A stretch of DNA of 64,000 bases, from positions 73,966,001-74,030,000 of the forward strand of contig NC_091992.1 in assembly GCF_044704955.1 (NCBI RefSeq), read 5' to 3'. The DNA comes from Pristiophorus japonicus (Eukaryota). The stretch's first letter is position 1; each line of letters begins with the position of its first letter. The notes beneath the pieces are model-generated. The model saw nothing but the letters and a program-made list of their open reading frames with translations, did not search any database and was not told the DNA's origin. Positions 22,495 through 34,609 of the stretch are shown one piece after another. The translations under genes and the position numbers were made by a program.

Positions 22495-25400
22495 ATAGAA
22501 TCATAGAAATTTACAGCAGGGAAGGAGGCCATTTCAGCCCATTGTGTCCACTCCGGCCGACAAAGAGCTATCCAGCCTAATCCCACTTTCCAGCTTTTGG
22601 TCCGTAGCCCTGTAGGTTACGGCACTTCAAGTGCACATCCAAGTACTTTTTAAATGTGGTGTGGGTTTCTGCCTCTACCAACCTTTCAGGCAGTGAGTTC
22701 CAGACCCCCACCACCCTCTGGGTGAAGAAATTTCCCCTCATATCCCCTTTAAATCTCCTACCAATTACTTTAAGTCTATGCCCATAGTTGTTGATTTCTC
22801 TGCTAAGGGAAATAGGTCTTTCCTATTCACTCTAGGCCCCTCATAATTTTATATACCTCAATAAGATCTCCCCTCAGCCTCCTCTGTTCCAAAGCGTCTT
22901 AGCGAGAAGGAGGAACTGAAGGAAATACTTTAGTCAGGAAATTGTGTTGGGGAAATAGATGGAACTGAAGGCCGATAAATCCCCAGGGCCTGATAGTCTA
23001 CATCCCAGAGTACTTAAGGAAGTGGCCCTAGAAATAGTGGATGCATTGGTGGTCATTTTCCAAAACTCTTATAGATTCTGAATCAGTTCCTATAGATTGG
23101 AGGGTAGCTTATGAAACCCCACTTTTTAAAAAAGGAGGGAGAGAGAAAACAGGGAGCCTGACATCAGTAGTGGGGAAAATGTTGGAATCAATTATTAAAG
23201 CTGTAATAGCACCGCAATTGGAAAGCAGTGACAGGATCGGTCCAAGTCAGCATGGATTTATGAAAGGGAAATCATGCTTGACAAATCTTCTCGAATTTTT
23301 TGAGGATGTAACTAGTAGAGTGGACAAGGGAGAACCAGTGGATGTGTATTTGGACTTTCAAAAGGCTCTTGACAAGGTCCCATACAAGAGATTGGTGTTC
23401 AAAATTAAAGCACATGGTATTGATGGTAATGTATTGACGTGGATAGAGAACTGGTTGGCAGACAGGAAGCAAAGAGTAGGAATGAACAGGTCCTTTTCAG
23501 AATGGCAGGCAGTGACTAGTGGGGTACCGCAAGGTTCAGTTCTGGGACCCCAGCTATTTACAATATACATTAATGATTTAGACGAAGGAATTGAATGTAA
23601 TATCTCCAAGTTTGCAGATGACACTAAACTGAGTGGCAGTGTGAGCTGTGAGGAGGAAGCTAAGAGGCTGCAGGGTGACTTGGACAGGTTAGGTGAGTGG
23701 GCAAATGCATGACAGATGCAGAATAATGTAGATAAATGTGAGGTTATCCACTTTGGTGGCAAAAACAGGAAGGCAGAATATTACCTGAATTACCTGTCTG
23801 GCGTAAAAATAAAAAAGGGAAGGTGGCTATCAAGGATAGTATTAAAGCCAAGGAAGTGGCATACAAATTGGCCAGAAATAGCAACGAACCCAGGGACTGG
23901 GAGAAATTTAGAACTCAGCAGAGGAGGACAAAGAGTTTGATTAGGGCAGGGAAAATAGAGTACGAGAGGAAGCTTGCAGGGAACATTAAAACGGACTGCA
24001 AACGCTTCTATAGATATGTAAAGAGAAAAAGGTTAGTAAAGACAAACGTAGGTCCCCTGCAGTCAGAATCAGGGGAAGTCATAACGGAACAAAGAAATGG
24101 CGGACCAATTGAACAAGTACTTTGGTTCGGTATTCACTAAGGAGGACACAAACAACCTTCCGGATATAAAAGGGGTTGGAGGATCTAGTAAGGAGGAGGA
24201 ACTGAGGGAAATCCTTATTAGTCGGGAAATTGTGTTGGGGAAATTGATGGGATTGAAGGCCGATAAATCCCCAGGGCCTGATGGTCTGCATTCCAGAGTA
24301 CTTGAGGTGGCCTTGGAAATAGCGGATGCATTGAAAGTCATTTTCCAACATTCCATAGACTCTGGATCAGTTCCTATGGAGTGGAGGGTAGCCAATGTAA
24401 CCCCACTTTTTAAAAAAGGGAGAGAGAAAACAGAATTATAGACCAGTCAGCCTGACATCGGTAGTGGGTAAAATGATGGAATCAATTATTAAGGATGTCA
24501 TAGCAGCGCATTTGGAAAGAGGTGACACGATAGGTCCAAGTCAGCATGGATTTGTGAAAGGGAAATAATGCTTGACAAATCTTCTGGAATAGAGTGTACA
24601 AGGGAGAACCAGTTGATGTGGTGTATTTGGACTTTCAGAAGGCTTTCGACAAGGTCCCACACAAGAGATTAATGTGCAAAGTTAAAGCACATGGTGTTGG
24701 GGGTAGTGTGCTGACGTGGATTGAGAACTGGTTGGCAGACAGGAAGCAAAGAGTAGGAGTAAATGGGTACTTTTCAGAATGGCAGGCAGTGACTAGTGTG
24801 GTACCGCAAGGTTCTGTGCTGGGGCCCCAGCTGTTTATATTGTACATTAATGATTTAGACGAGGGGATTAAATGTAGTATCTCCAAATTTGCGGATGACA
24901 CTAAGTTGGGTGGCAGTGTGAGCTGCAAGGAGGATGCGATGAGGCTGCAGAGTGACTGGATAGGTTAGGTGAGTGGGCAAATGCATGGCAGATGGAGTAT
25001 AATGTGGATAAATGTGAGGTTATCCACTTTGGTGGTAAAAACAGAGAGACAGACTATTATCTGGTGACAAATTAGGAAAAGGGGAGGTGCAACGAGACCT
25101 GGGTATCATGGTACATCAGTCATTGAAGGTTGGCATGCAGGTACAGCAGGCGGTTAAGAAATCAAATGGCATGTTGGCCTTCATAGCAAGGGAATTTGAG
25201 TACAGGGGCAGGGAGGTGTTACTACAGTTGTACAGGGCCTTGGTGAGGCCACACCTGGAGTATTGTGTACAGTTTTGGTCTCCTAACTTGAGGAAGGACA
25301 TTCTTGCTATTGAGGGAGTGCAGCGAAGGTTCACCAGACTGTTTTCCGGGATGGCGGGACTGACCTATCAAAAAAGACTGGATCAACTGGGCTTGTATTC

Positions 25401-26705
25401 ACTGGAGTTCAGAAGAATGAGAGGGGATCTCATAGAAACATTTAAAATTCTGATGGGTTTAGACAGGTTAGATGCAGGAAGAATGTTCCCAATGTTGGGG
25501 AAGTCCAGAACCAGGGGTCACCGTCTAAGGATAAGGGGTAAGCCATTTAGGACCGAGATGAGGAGAAACTTCTTCACCCAGAGAGTGATGAACCTGTGGA
25601 ATTCTCTACCACAGAAAGTTGTTGAGGCCAATTCACTAAATATATTCAAAAAGGAGTTAGATGTAGTCCTTACTACTAGGGGGATCAAGGGGTATGGCGG
25701 GAAAGCAGGAATGGGGTACTGAAGTTGCATGTTCAGCCATGAACTCATTGAATGGCGGTGCAGGCTCGAAGGGCCGAATGGCCTGCTCCTGCACCTATTT
25801 TCTATGTCTATGTTTCTATGAATGGTGACAGATTAGGAAAAGGGGAGGTACAACGAGACCTGGGTGTCATGGTACATCAGTCATTGAAAGTTGGCATGCA
25901 GGTACAGCAGGCGGTGAAGAAGGCAAATGGCATGTTGGCCTTCATAGTGAGAGGATTTGAGTATAGGAGCAGAGAGGTCTTATTGCAGTTGTACAGGGGC
26001 TTAGTGAGGCCACACCTTGAATATTGTGTACAGTTTTGGTCGTCTAATCTGAGGAAGGATATTCTTGCTATTGAGGGAGTGCAGCGAAGGTTCACCAGAC
26101 TGATTCCTGGGATGGCAGGACTGACATAGGAAGAAAGACTGGATCGACTAGGCTTATATTCACTGGAATTTAGAAGAATGAGAGGGGATCTCATAGAAAC
26201 ATAAAATTCTGACGGGATTGGACAGGTTAGATGCAGGAAGAATGTTCCCGATGTTGAGGAAGTTCAGAACAGGGGTCACAGTCTAAGGCTAAGGGGTAAG
26301 CCACTTAGGACCGAGATGAGGAGAAACTTCACCCAGAGAGTGGTGAACCTGTGGAATTCTCTACCGCAGAAAGTTGTTGAGGCCAGTTCGTTAGATACAT
26401 TCAAAAGGGAGTTCGATGTGGCCCTTATGGCTAAAGGGATCAAGGGGTATGGAGAGAAAGCAGAAATGGGGTAATGAAGTTGCAAAAATGATCAGCCATG
26501 ATCATATTGAATGGTGTTGCAGGATCGAAGGGCTGAATGGCCTACTCCTGCAACTATTTTCTATGTTTCTAAAACAAACCCAGCCTATCCAATCTTTCCT
26601 CATAGCTAACATTCTCCAGTCCAAGCAACATTCTTGTAAATCTCCTCCGTACCCTCTCCAGTGCAATCACATCCTTCCTGTAATGTGGTGATCAGAAGTG
26701 TGATG
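22495..26705. mobile_element. Three-level CR1 nest: minus-strand host (22495-22893, 26571-26705), plus-strand CR1 (22894-23789, 25821-26570), young plus-strand CR1 (23790-25820)
   Basis: ORFs 23041-23712, 24097-24441, 24594-24968, 25087-25722, 25752-26129; each host sequence rejoins across its insertion. Confidence 0.9.
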
Positions 26706-28724
26706 ACCATCATCATCATCATCATAGGCAGTCCCTCGAAATCGAGGAAGACTATCTTCCACTCTAAAAGTGAGTTCTCAGGTGACTGAACAGTCCAATA
26801 CGGGGATTACAGTCTCTCGCCGGTGAGACAGACAGTGGTTGAAGGAAAGGGTGGGTGGGACTGGTTTGCCACCCGCTCCTTCCGCTGCCTGCGCTTGATT
26901 TCTGCATGCTCTCAGCGATGAGATTCGAGGTGCTCAGCGCCCTCCCGGATGCTCTTCCTCCACTTGGGGCGGTCTTTGGCTGGGGATTCCCAGGTGTTGG
27001 TAGGGATGTTGCATTTTATCAGGGAGGCTTTGAGATGACCAGGGTCATCACAGCTGATCACCTGACACATCACTCAGTAGAAGCAGGATCGCTTGCTGAC
27101 TTATATCCCTTTCTGTCCATTACCAATTGATATCTAAGGTTTCCTTATCCAATTTCAGCTGCAAGTAATGCACTGGCTTCACCTTTTCTATTCTGCTTGT
27201 ACTCTGAGGTCCTCTTTCAAGCTGAAGAGTTCTGAGGTTTGTCACTTTGGTCTAACACTGGGGATCAACAAGCATTACTTTTGCGCAGGGAGGGTGGGGT
27301 AACTTCTGGTCATTATCACATTGCTGTTTGAGAGACCTTACTGTGTTCAAATTAGCTGCCATGTTTCCTACATTACAATAGTGACTACACTTCACTTAAT
27401 TTGCTGTTTGGGATGTCCTGAGATTGTGAAAGGTGCTATATAAATACAAGTCTTTGGGCTTGTGCATAAAAAGCCCAATTATGGAGGGGGAGATACAGTG
27501 CAATACTTGGTGTATGACCAGAACTAATTCTGGATTACATACCCAGTATATTGCCTTGTGTTGATGTTGGTTGTGGTGGGGGTCAGCCCTTCGAACATGG
27601 CTGGTGTAGAATGTCAGTCTGCAGCCCGGCAGGGGCGAGTAGAATGTGTGTTTTAATCTCCATTCATTTGTGTTGTGATCCGAGATCATCACTAACTTGG
27701 GATTGATACGTGTTGCAGTAAAGGATATTTTTAAAAAACAGCTGCAAGTGGCACAGACACAATGGGTCGAATGGCCTCCTTCTGTGCCGTAAATTTCTGT
27801 GATTCTGTGAAGTGTCGAACCTGTAAGGGTCTGGAAATTTTTATTTGCAGTTGACCATTTTTTTTTGCAAGTTTTTCCTCTCTTGCCACCTCAACCAAGT
27901 AGTAACTCTTCCTCTGTTAGCCAGACAGTGGGTGCTGGCGGGCTGTTTGACCATAGGGGCCGCCACAGTCAGACCTGACATGGCACTATTCCAGTAATCA
28001 GGAGTGGAATGCCTGGTTGATTTCCCTCTCTGGGTTAGGGACCAATTGTAAACATCTCTATCATTCCCTGGCTGAGATCAGCTCTTGTCAGCAGAAGTTG
28101 GGGCTCAAACTTGGGCCCTTTCGGTTTGCTTTGCTGTTTCAGCCAGGTGAGGTGCTGGGGAATGCCCAGGTTTTATGAATGTTTGAAAGGGTTTTGCCCT
28201 TAAATAAGTTTAGATTTACTTAAATAAGTCTGTCCCCTCTTCACCCAGACATTCTCTTGTCAAGAATTAAGTCAAAATGATGCTACAAATACAGATCATT
28301 CACCAATTTCCTTGCTGCAAAGTTGTGGGAAGTGATCGGTTAGCTCCTAATTCAACAACAACAACTTTATATAGTGCCTTTAATGTAGTAAAACGTCCCG
28401 AGGTGCTTCACAGCAGTGTTATAAGACATTTTCAAGAGGGAGTTAGATATGGCCCTTATGGTTAAGGGGAGCAAGGGGTATGGAGAGAAAGCAGGAAAGG
28501 GGTACTGAGGTGATGATCAGCCATGATCTTATTGAATGGCGGTGCAGGCTCGAAGGGCCGAATGGCCTACTCCTGCACCTATTTTCTATGTTTCTAAACC
28601 AGATAAATTTGACAACATTCGTTTCACCAAAATTTGATTCACCAAACCAACTCATGCCAGGAAGAAACCAAAACGGGTGTAAATAAATTTGCTCACTCAA
28701 CATAGAGCAAATTGTAGTGCCCCA

Positions 28725-29095
28725 GTAATATAGACTAGTAATACAGAGGCCTGGGCTAATATGTAAGAGAATGTGGAGTTCAAATCCCACCACGGCAGGT
28801 TGAGAATTGGAATTCAGTTTGAAATGTCAGGAAATACAAAGCTGGTTGTCAGTAAAAGTGACCATGAAGCTTTCGGATTGTCATAAAAATTCAACTGGTT
28901 CATGAATGTTCTTTAGGGAAGGAAGCCTGTCATCCTTGCCCAGTCTGGCCCAACTCCAGTCTCGCGCCAATGTGGTTGACTCTTAACTGTCCTCTGGAGT
29001 GGTGAAAAACCCTTTTATCAATCACTATGCCACCTTCTCAGTGCAATAAGTATTGGCCTTGCCAGCGACATCCACAGCCCAACAATGAATAAAAC
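28725..29095 (+). mobile_element. tRNA-derived SINE sharing head and tail with the 8155-11510 LINE
   Basis: GACTAGTAATACAGAGGCCT..GAGTTCAAATCCCACCACGGCAG (B box) head; tail GGCCTTGCCAGCGACATCCACAGCCC. Confidence 0.75.
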
Positions 29096-29409
29096 ATAAC
29101 TAACATCTTAGAGGGCAGAAGGATCTGCTATTCATACTTTCCTCTTCTGCCCTAACCCCAGCTCTTCAAAATGAACCGTGGAATTCTTCCCACTGTGAAT
29201 CGTCGGGGAGGTGTGGGTGGGGTGGGGGGTGGGGGCTGCTCCAAGACCTGAAGCACCTGGATACGTGTTAAAAGTCCTAGTGAGGAGTTTGGAGGCCACA
29301 TTTCAATTCCTGCTGGTTCTTGGTCCATGGTGTCAAATGGTTAATCATGCTCAGACAGGCCACAGGATGGCTGTTGTGGGAATAGGGATAATGTTCCAAT
29401 GGGGTAGAG

Positions 29410-29680
29410 GGGTAGAGGGAGCTTTACTCTGTATCTAACCCCGTGCTGTACCTGACCTGGGAGTGTTTGATGGGACAGTGTAGAGGGAGCTTTACTCTGT
29501 ATCTAACCCCGTGCTGTACCTGACCTGGGAGTGTTTGATGGGACAGTGTAGAGGGAGCTTTACTCTGTATCTAACCCGTGCTGTATCTGCCCTGGGAGTG
29601 TTTGATGGGACAGTGTAGAGGGAGCTTTACTCCGTATCTAACCATGTGCTGTACCTGCCCTGGGAGTGTTTGATGGAACA
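29410..29680. repeat. 67-bp tandem repeat array, inverted orientation, about 4 units
   Basis: Reverse complement of the 366-648 unit. Confidence 0.9.
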
Positions 29681-29896
29681 CTAGATACCTGGATTTGAAA
29701 CTCCACTTCGTCATCACTAATATCTCTTTTTGATGAGCATAAAATGTCAAAACAGCTAAGCCTTTTAACTCTTGTTGCTTCTCAAGGTGTAAACTTGATG
29801 ATGACCCCCTTGAGACTTTTATACATTTTATATTTGGCCATCGAAGGGTTGTGGTTCCTTTACGGTGAATGTGAGCAGTGTTGCGGTGTGGGGCAA

Positions 29897-30358
29897 GTGT
29901 CAGCCGTGGCTCAGTGGGTGGCACTCTCACCTCGGAGTCAGAAGGTTGTGGATTCAAGGCCCACTCCAGGAGCTTGAGCACAATAATCCAGGCTGACACT
30001 CCAGTGCAATGCTGAGGAAGTGCTGCACTGTCGGAGGAGCCATCTTTCGGATGAGCCGTTAAACCGAGGCCCCGTCTGCTCTCTCAGGTGGATGTAAAAG
30101 ATCCCACGACACTATTTCGAAGAAGAGCAGGGGAGTTATCCCCGGTGTCCTGGCCAATATTTATCCCTCAATCAACATCACTAAAACAGATTATCTGGTC
30201 ATTATTACATTGCTGTTTGTGGGAGCTTCCTTGTGTGTGCAAATTGGTTGGCGCGTTTCCCACATTACAACAGTGACTACACTCCAAAAGTATTTAATTG
30301 GCTGTAAAGCGATTTGAGACGTCCAGTGATCGCGAAAGGCGCTATATAAATCCAAGTT
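29897..30358 (+). mobile_element. Full-length Deu-domain tRNA-SINE (SacSINE1-like); other copies 35965-36390 (+), 36560-36955 (-), 43125-43545 (+), 46970-47340 (-), 59585-60020 (-)
   Basis: A box TGGCTCAGTGG, B box GGATTCAAGGCC, Deu core TCTTTCGGATGAG.CGTTAAACCGAGG..AAAGATCCCA..CCCGGTGTCCTGGCCAA, L2-like tail AAAGGCGCTATATAAAT. Confidence 0.88.
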
Positions 30359-30361
30359 TTT

Positions 30362-30590
30362 CAATGCAAAAGCAACATTTTGCGGATGCTGGAATCTAAA
30401 ATAAAAACAGAAAATGCTGGAAATCTCAACGGGTCAGGCAGCATCTGTGGAGAAAGAGTTAACGTTTCGGGTCGATGACACTTCGTCACAACGTTCTGAC
30501 AAGGGTCACCGACCCGAAACGTTAACTCTGTGTTTCTCTCTCCACAGATGCTGCCTGACCCGCTGAGATTTCCAGCATTTCTCTGGTTTA
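30362..30590. mobile_element. Inverted pair of short Penelope-type (hammerhead-bearing) elements forming a ~190-bp palindrome
   Basis: Arms centred at ~30492 (CAAC|GTTC) are reverse complements; both hammerhead cores are mutated (GUGACGA; CUGAC-AA). Confidence 0.75.
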
Positions 30591-30599
30591 TATGTCTTT

Positions 30600-30950
30600 C
30601 TTCCATTGCTGCGGCCAGTGAGCTGGGGCCGGGGCCAGTCGGTGTCCCTTTAAGGAGCGGGACCAGCGGCATCTTTAAGGCGTGTCGAGGCGGCTGTCCC
30701 TTTAAAAGGGGCGGGGCGCTGTAAAGCCGCTTTGCAGACGCTGCTCGCCATCAGTCGGCCGGAGAGATGGCGCTCAACAGGCCGGGGGTGCCTGGCAACC
30801 ACAGGTACCGGGGAGTGGCGGGGAGAGAGAGAGGGCTTGCCGAGTCTGGGCCTCGGGCTGGGCCCGGGTCCGGGCTCGGGCCCGGCCTCAGGCTGCAGCC
30901 AGTCACCTAGGCCCGGCCGGCCGGCCGGCCGGCCGGCCGGCCTGTCTGTC
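30600..30950 (+). promoter_or_regulatory. WBP2 CpG island/promoter with GC box
   Basis: High GC and CpG, GGGGCGGGGC at ~30708-30718, three CTTTAA motifs; surrounds the first coding exon. Confidence 0.75.
30767..30804 (+). CDS. WBP2: WW domain-binding protein 2, exon 1
   Basis: GAGATGG Kozak; MALNRPGVPGNH(S), compare human MALNKNHS; donor CAG|GTACCG, phase 2, matching exon 2. Confidence 0.85.
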
Positions 30951-32318
30951 AATCATTTCTATTTATTCATTATGTTTGCTATTTAGATTACTTTTATATG
31001 TATTAGCTTTATTTGTTTATTTATATTTATTGCTGTTAATTATATTTATCAGTGACAATGTATAATGCAGCACAGAATGAGGCCATTCAGCCCATCGAGC
31101 CCATGCTTGCCCTTTGCTGCAGCGATTCCATTTATCCCACTCCCTGGCTCTTTCGCCATAACCCTGCATATTTTCCCCTTCCAGTATTTATCCAGTTCCC
31201 TTTTGAGAGTTACTATTGAATCTGCTCCCACTGCCCTTTCTGACATTGTGTTCCCGCTCACAACAACTTGCTGTGTTTTTTTTATAATGTTTCATCCTCC
31301 TGAGTCTTTTGCCAATCATCTTAAACCTGTGCCCTCCTGCCACCATTTCTCCTCCGTTACTCTTATTGCAACCATTTGTGATTTTGAACACCACCTATAA
31401 TCAAATCTCTCGACCTTCTCTGCTGCAAGGAGAACGACCCCAGTCTATCCACGTAACTGAAGTCCCTCATCCCTAGTACCATTCTGGTAAATCTCCTCTT
31501 GCCCTCTCCAAGCCCTTGTCCTTCCTAAAATGTGGTGTCCTGAACTGGCCACAATGCTCCCAGCTGGATGATTTATAAAGGTTTAGGATAACTTCCTTGT
31601 TTTTGTACTCTATTCCTCTATTAATAAATCCAAGGATCCCATATGCTTTTTAACAGCCTTCTCAACTTGCCCTGCCACCTTCAAAGATTTGTGTGCATAC
31701 ACCCCTAGATATATCTCTTCCTGTTTTCTGTCCCTTAGCCAATTTCATATCTACAAAGCCAATGTCCCTTTAATCCCATGGGCTTTCATTTTGCTAACAA
31801 GTCTATTCTGTGGTAGAACTTATCAAATCCGTGCTGACTTTCATTTATTAGCCCATGCCTTTACAAATGCCAATTAATTTAGAACCGTATTATTGTCTCT
31901 AATTCTGCTGACTAGCCTGTAGTCGCAGGCAGCAGAAGGAGCGTGCGGCAAACCAGGCTCCCTGCCCATTCTTTCCTTCAATGACTATCTGTCCGACCTG
32001 TGACCGAGACTGTGGTTCTCGTATTGGCCTGTTCAGCCACCTAAAAACTCATGCTAAGAGTGGAAGCAAGTCTTCCTTGATTCTGAGAGCCTATGATGAT
32101 GATTATGATGCTGGGTTTACCCCTCTCCCTTTCTGGAATAGGATTGTAACATTTGCAATTCTCCAGTCCTCTGGTACCACCCCCATATTTGAGGATTGGA
32201 AGATTGTGGCCAGAGCCTCTGCAATTTCTGCACTTGCTTCCCACAGAAACCGAGGATGCCTCCCATCTGGACTGGGTGACTTTTCTACTTTTGAGTACTG
32301 CCAGCCTTTTAAGTATCT

Positions 32319-33033
32319 TGGCCTGGATTATGCATTAATAATGGTGAGGCTAATCTAGCTCGCCATTATGCTGGAGTAAATCGGACATGCACATTTAAAT
32401 GCAGAAATCCAGAAGTTGCTGACATAAGAGATTCTGCTCTTCCACAGGGTGCACTGTGACTGACAGACTTGGCATTGAAGGACATTCAGTGGCATGAACT
32501 TGGGGTACTTGGCCACTAGTTCCCCACTAAAGATGCCATAAAAAAGTTAGGGCTGGTGAATTCAGGTGTAAGTGAATTTTTAATAGTGTGGTAATTGATA
32601 ATTACTGCCAAAATGACTTCTCTGGCCCTGAAAATTTAATTTTACAGATCTGGTGTCTGATTCCCTCAAGTTAATTAGCATTGGAGATTTTAAAAAATAA
32701 TTAATTTTTTTTTACATTTCTGTCTCTCTTTTATATCTCCCTCTTAATTCCATCTTGTCTTTCCAAATCTTTATTCCAGTTTCTGTACATGATTTAAATC
32801 TAATTTATACTTCCTACTTTGAACTCTGAACTCTGTGAATGTGAGGATTCTTCAATCTGATTGGTTAAAGAGCCTCACTTTTGCTTGACCAGCTCACAGA
32901 TGCCCTGTAAAAGCTGCCGTGCTGAATCAGACGTCTGATTAGAGCAAGTCTTCACTCACAAGCCCGCAAAAACTTTGTGGGAAGCTGTTGGTGAGGTGAA
33001 TGGCGAAGGCTGCTGATCGCAAAATCCCAGCCC
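32319..33033. mobile_element. Non-autonomous TIR DNA transposon (PIF/Harbinger-like MITE) inserted in an old CR1
   Basis: TIRs TGGCCTGGATTATGC / GCAAAATCCCAGCCC (11/15 match); 3-bp duplication TCT at 32316-32318 and 33034-33036. Confidence 0.6.
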
Positions 33034-33682
33034 TCTTTATTGTTATCGTGGCAGATATTGCTCCTGTCTCCTCTGGCACAGGTACACTGGCAGCATCCTC
33101 TTCTCTGGTGAAGACAGGTGCAAAGTACTCATTTAGTACCTCCGCTGTGCCCTCTGCCTCCACAAGAAGATCTCCTTTTTAGTCCCACCTGCCCTTTTTG
33201 AATAACCTTTTAACTATTTATATGTTTATAAAAGACTTTTAGATTCCTTTTAACCACTAATCTATTCTCGTACTCTCTCTTTGCCCCTCTTACTCCCTTT
33301 TTAAGATCTCCTCTGCACTTTCCATATTCAGCTTAATTCTCTACTGTATTCTGAACCTTACTTTTGTCATAAGCCTTGTTTTTCTGTTTCATTAAATTAT
33401 ATTCAATTATACATATTAATAATATTTATACTCTCCCATCACCCCTGTGCTTGCTGACCTAATATTAGCTTCCGGTTCAGCAACGCCTCAATTTCAAAAT
33501 TCTCATCCTTGTTTTCAAATCCCTCCATGGCCTCGCCCCTCCCTATCTCTGTATTCTCCTCCAGCACCACAACCCCTCGAGATGTCTGCGCTGCTCTAAT
33601 TCTACCCTCCTGAGCATCTCTGATTATAGTCACTCAACCATCAGTGGCCGTGCTTTCTGTTGCCTGGGCCCCAAGCTCTGGA

Positions 33683-33780
33683 AGTTCTGACTAAGGGTCA
33701 TCGACCTGAAACGTTAACTCTGCTTCCTCTCCACAGATGCTGCCTGACCTGCTGAAATTTCCAGCATTTTCTGTTTTTAT
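33683..33780 (+). mobile_element. Short hammerhead-type element inserted into an L2 3' end
   Basis: AGTT-CTGACTA-AGGGTCATCGACCT-GAAACGTT-AACT; target duplication TCTGGA at 33677-33682 and 33781-33786. Confidence 0.75.
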
Positions 33781-34609
33781 TCTGGAGCTCCCTGCCTAAA
33801 CCTCTCTACCCCTCGTTCCTCCTTCAAGACGCTCCTTAAAACCTACCTCTTGGACAAGCTTTTGGTTATCTGCGCTAATTTCTACTTGTGCGACTCGGTG
33901 TCAAATTTTTATCTTGTAATACTCCTGCGAAGTGCCTTGGGATGTTTTACTACGTTAAAGGTGCTATATAAATACAAGTTGTTGTTATACTGATTATTCC
34001 GATGTATTCATTATATAATTAGTTATATTATAATTATTACATAGAATATACAGTGCAGAAACAGGTCCATGCCAATGTTTATGCTCCTTTCCAGCTTACC
34101 TCATCTCTCCCTATAACCTTTATTTAATCTCGTATCCCTCGTGTTCACTTTAAGCTGGCCTGAGAGCCAATCCAGGCCCCCGGGGAGTAATGCTGCTTGC
34201 TGTGGAATATCCATATGGGCGGTGGGTTCAAATCTGTCCAATTCCATCCACAGTCTGTAGCTTGGTTTCCGGTACTCGGGACAGGTTTGAACCCACCGTC
34301 CGTCTCTATCTTCGCTTGGAGCCGCTCAGTTTAGTGAAATGCTGAAGAAAATTCTTGAGTTTTATTCTGTTCTACATTCCTCCAAGCTCTATGCAGCAGT
34401 GCCTTGCAGTGTGATTAATGCTGGGTCAGTGGACATTTTTGAGATCAATATTTTTTTGTTCGGTAAGGGTACAGAGGGATGTGGAGCAGAGGCAGGTAGA
34501 TGGAGTTGAGATACCGATCAGCCACGGTCTAATTGAATGGTGGAACAAGCTCGAGTGGCCAAAACTAAATGCACACACCAGGGAGTTTAATATTTTGTAT
34601 ATATTTTTC

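Noticed and set aside
29897-29975. tRNA genes at A/B-box sequences (also 40545, 43125, 61627)
   Set aside because: They are SINE heads; most run directly into the Deu body and none gives a convincing complete cloverleaf.
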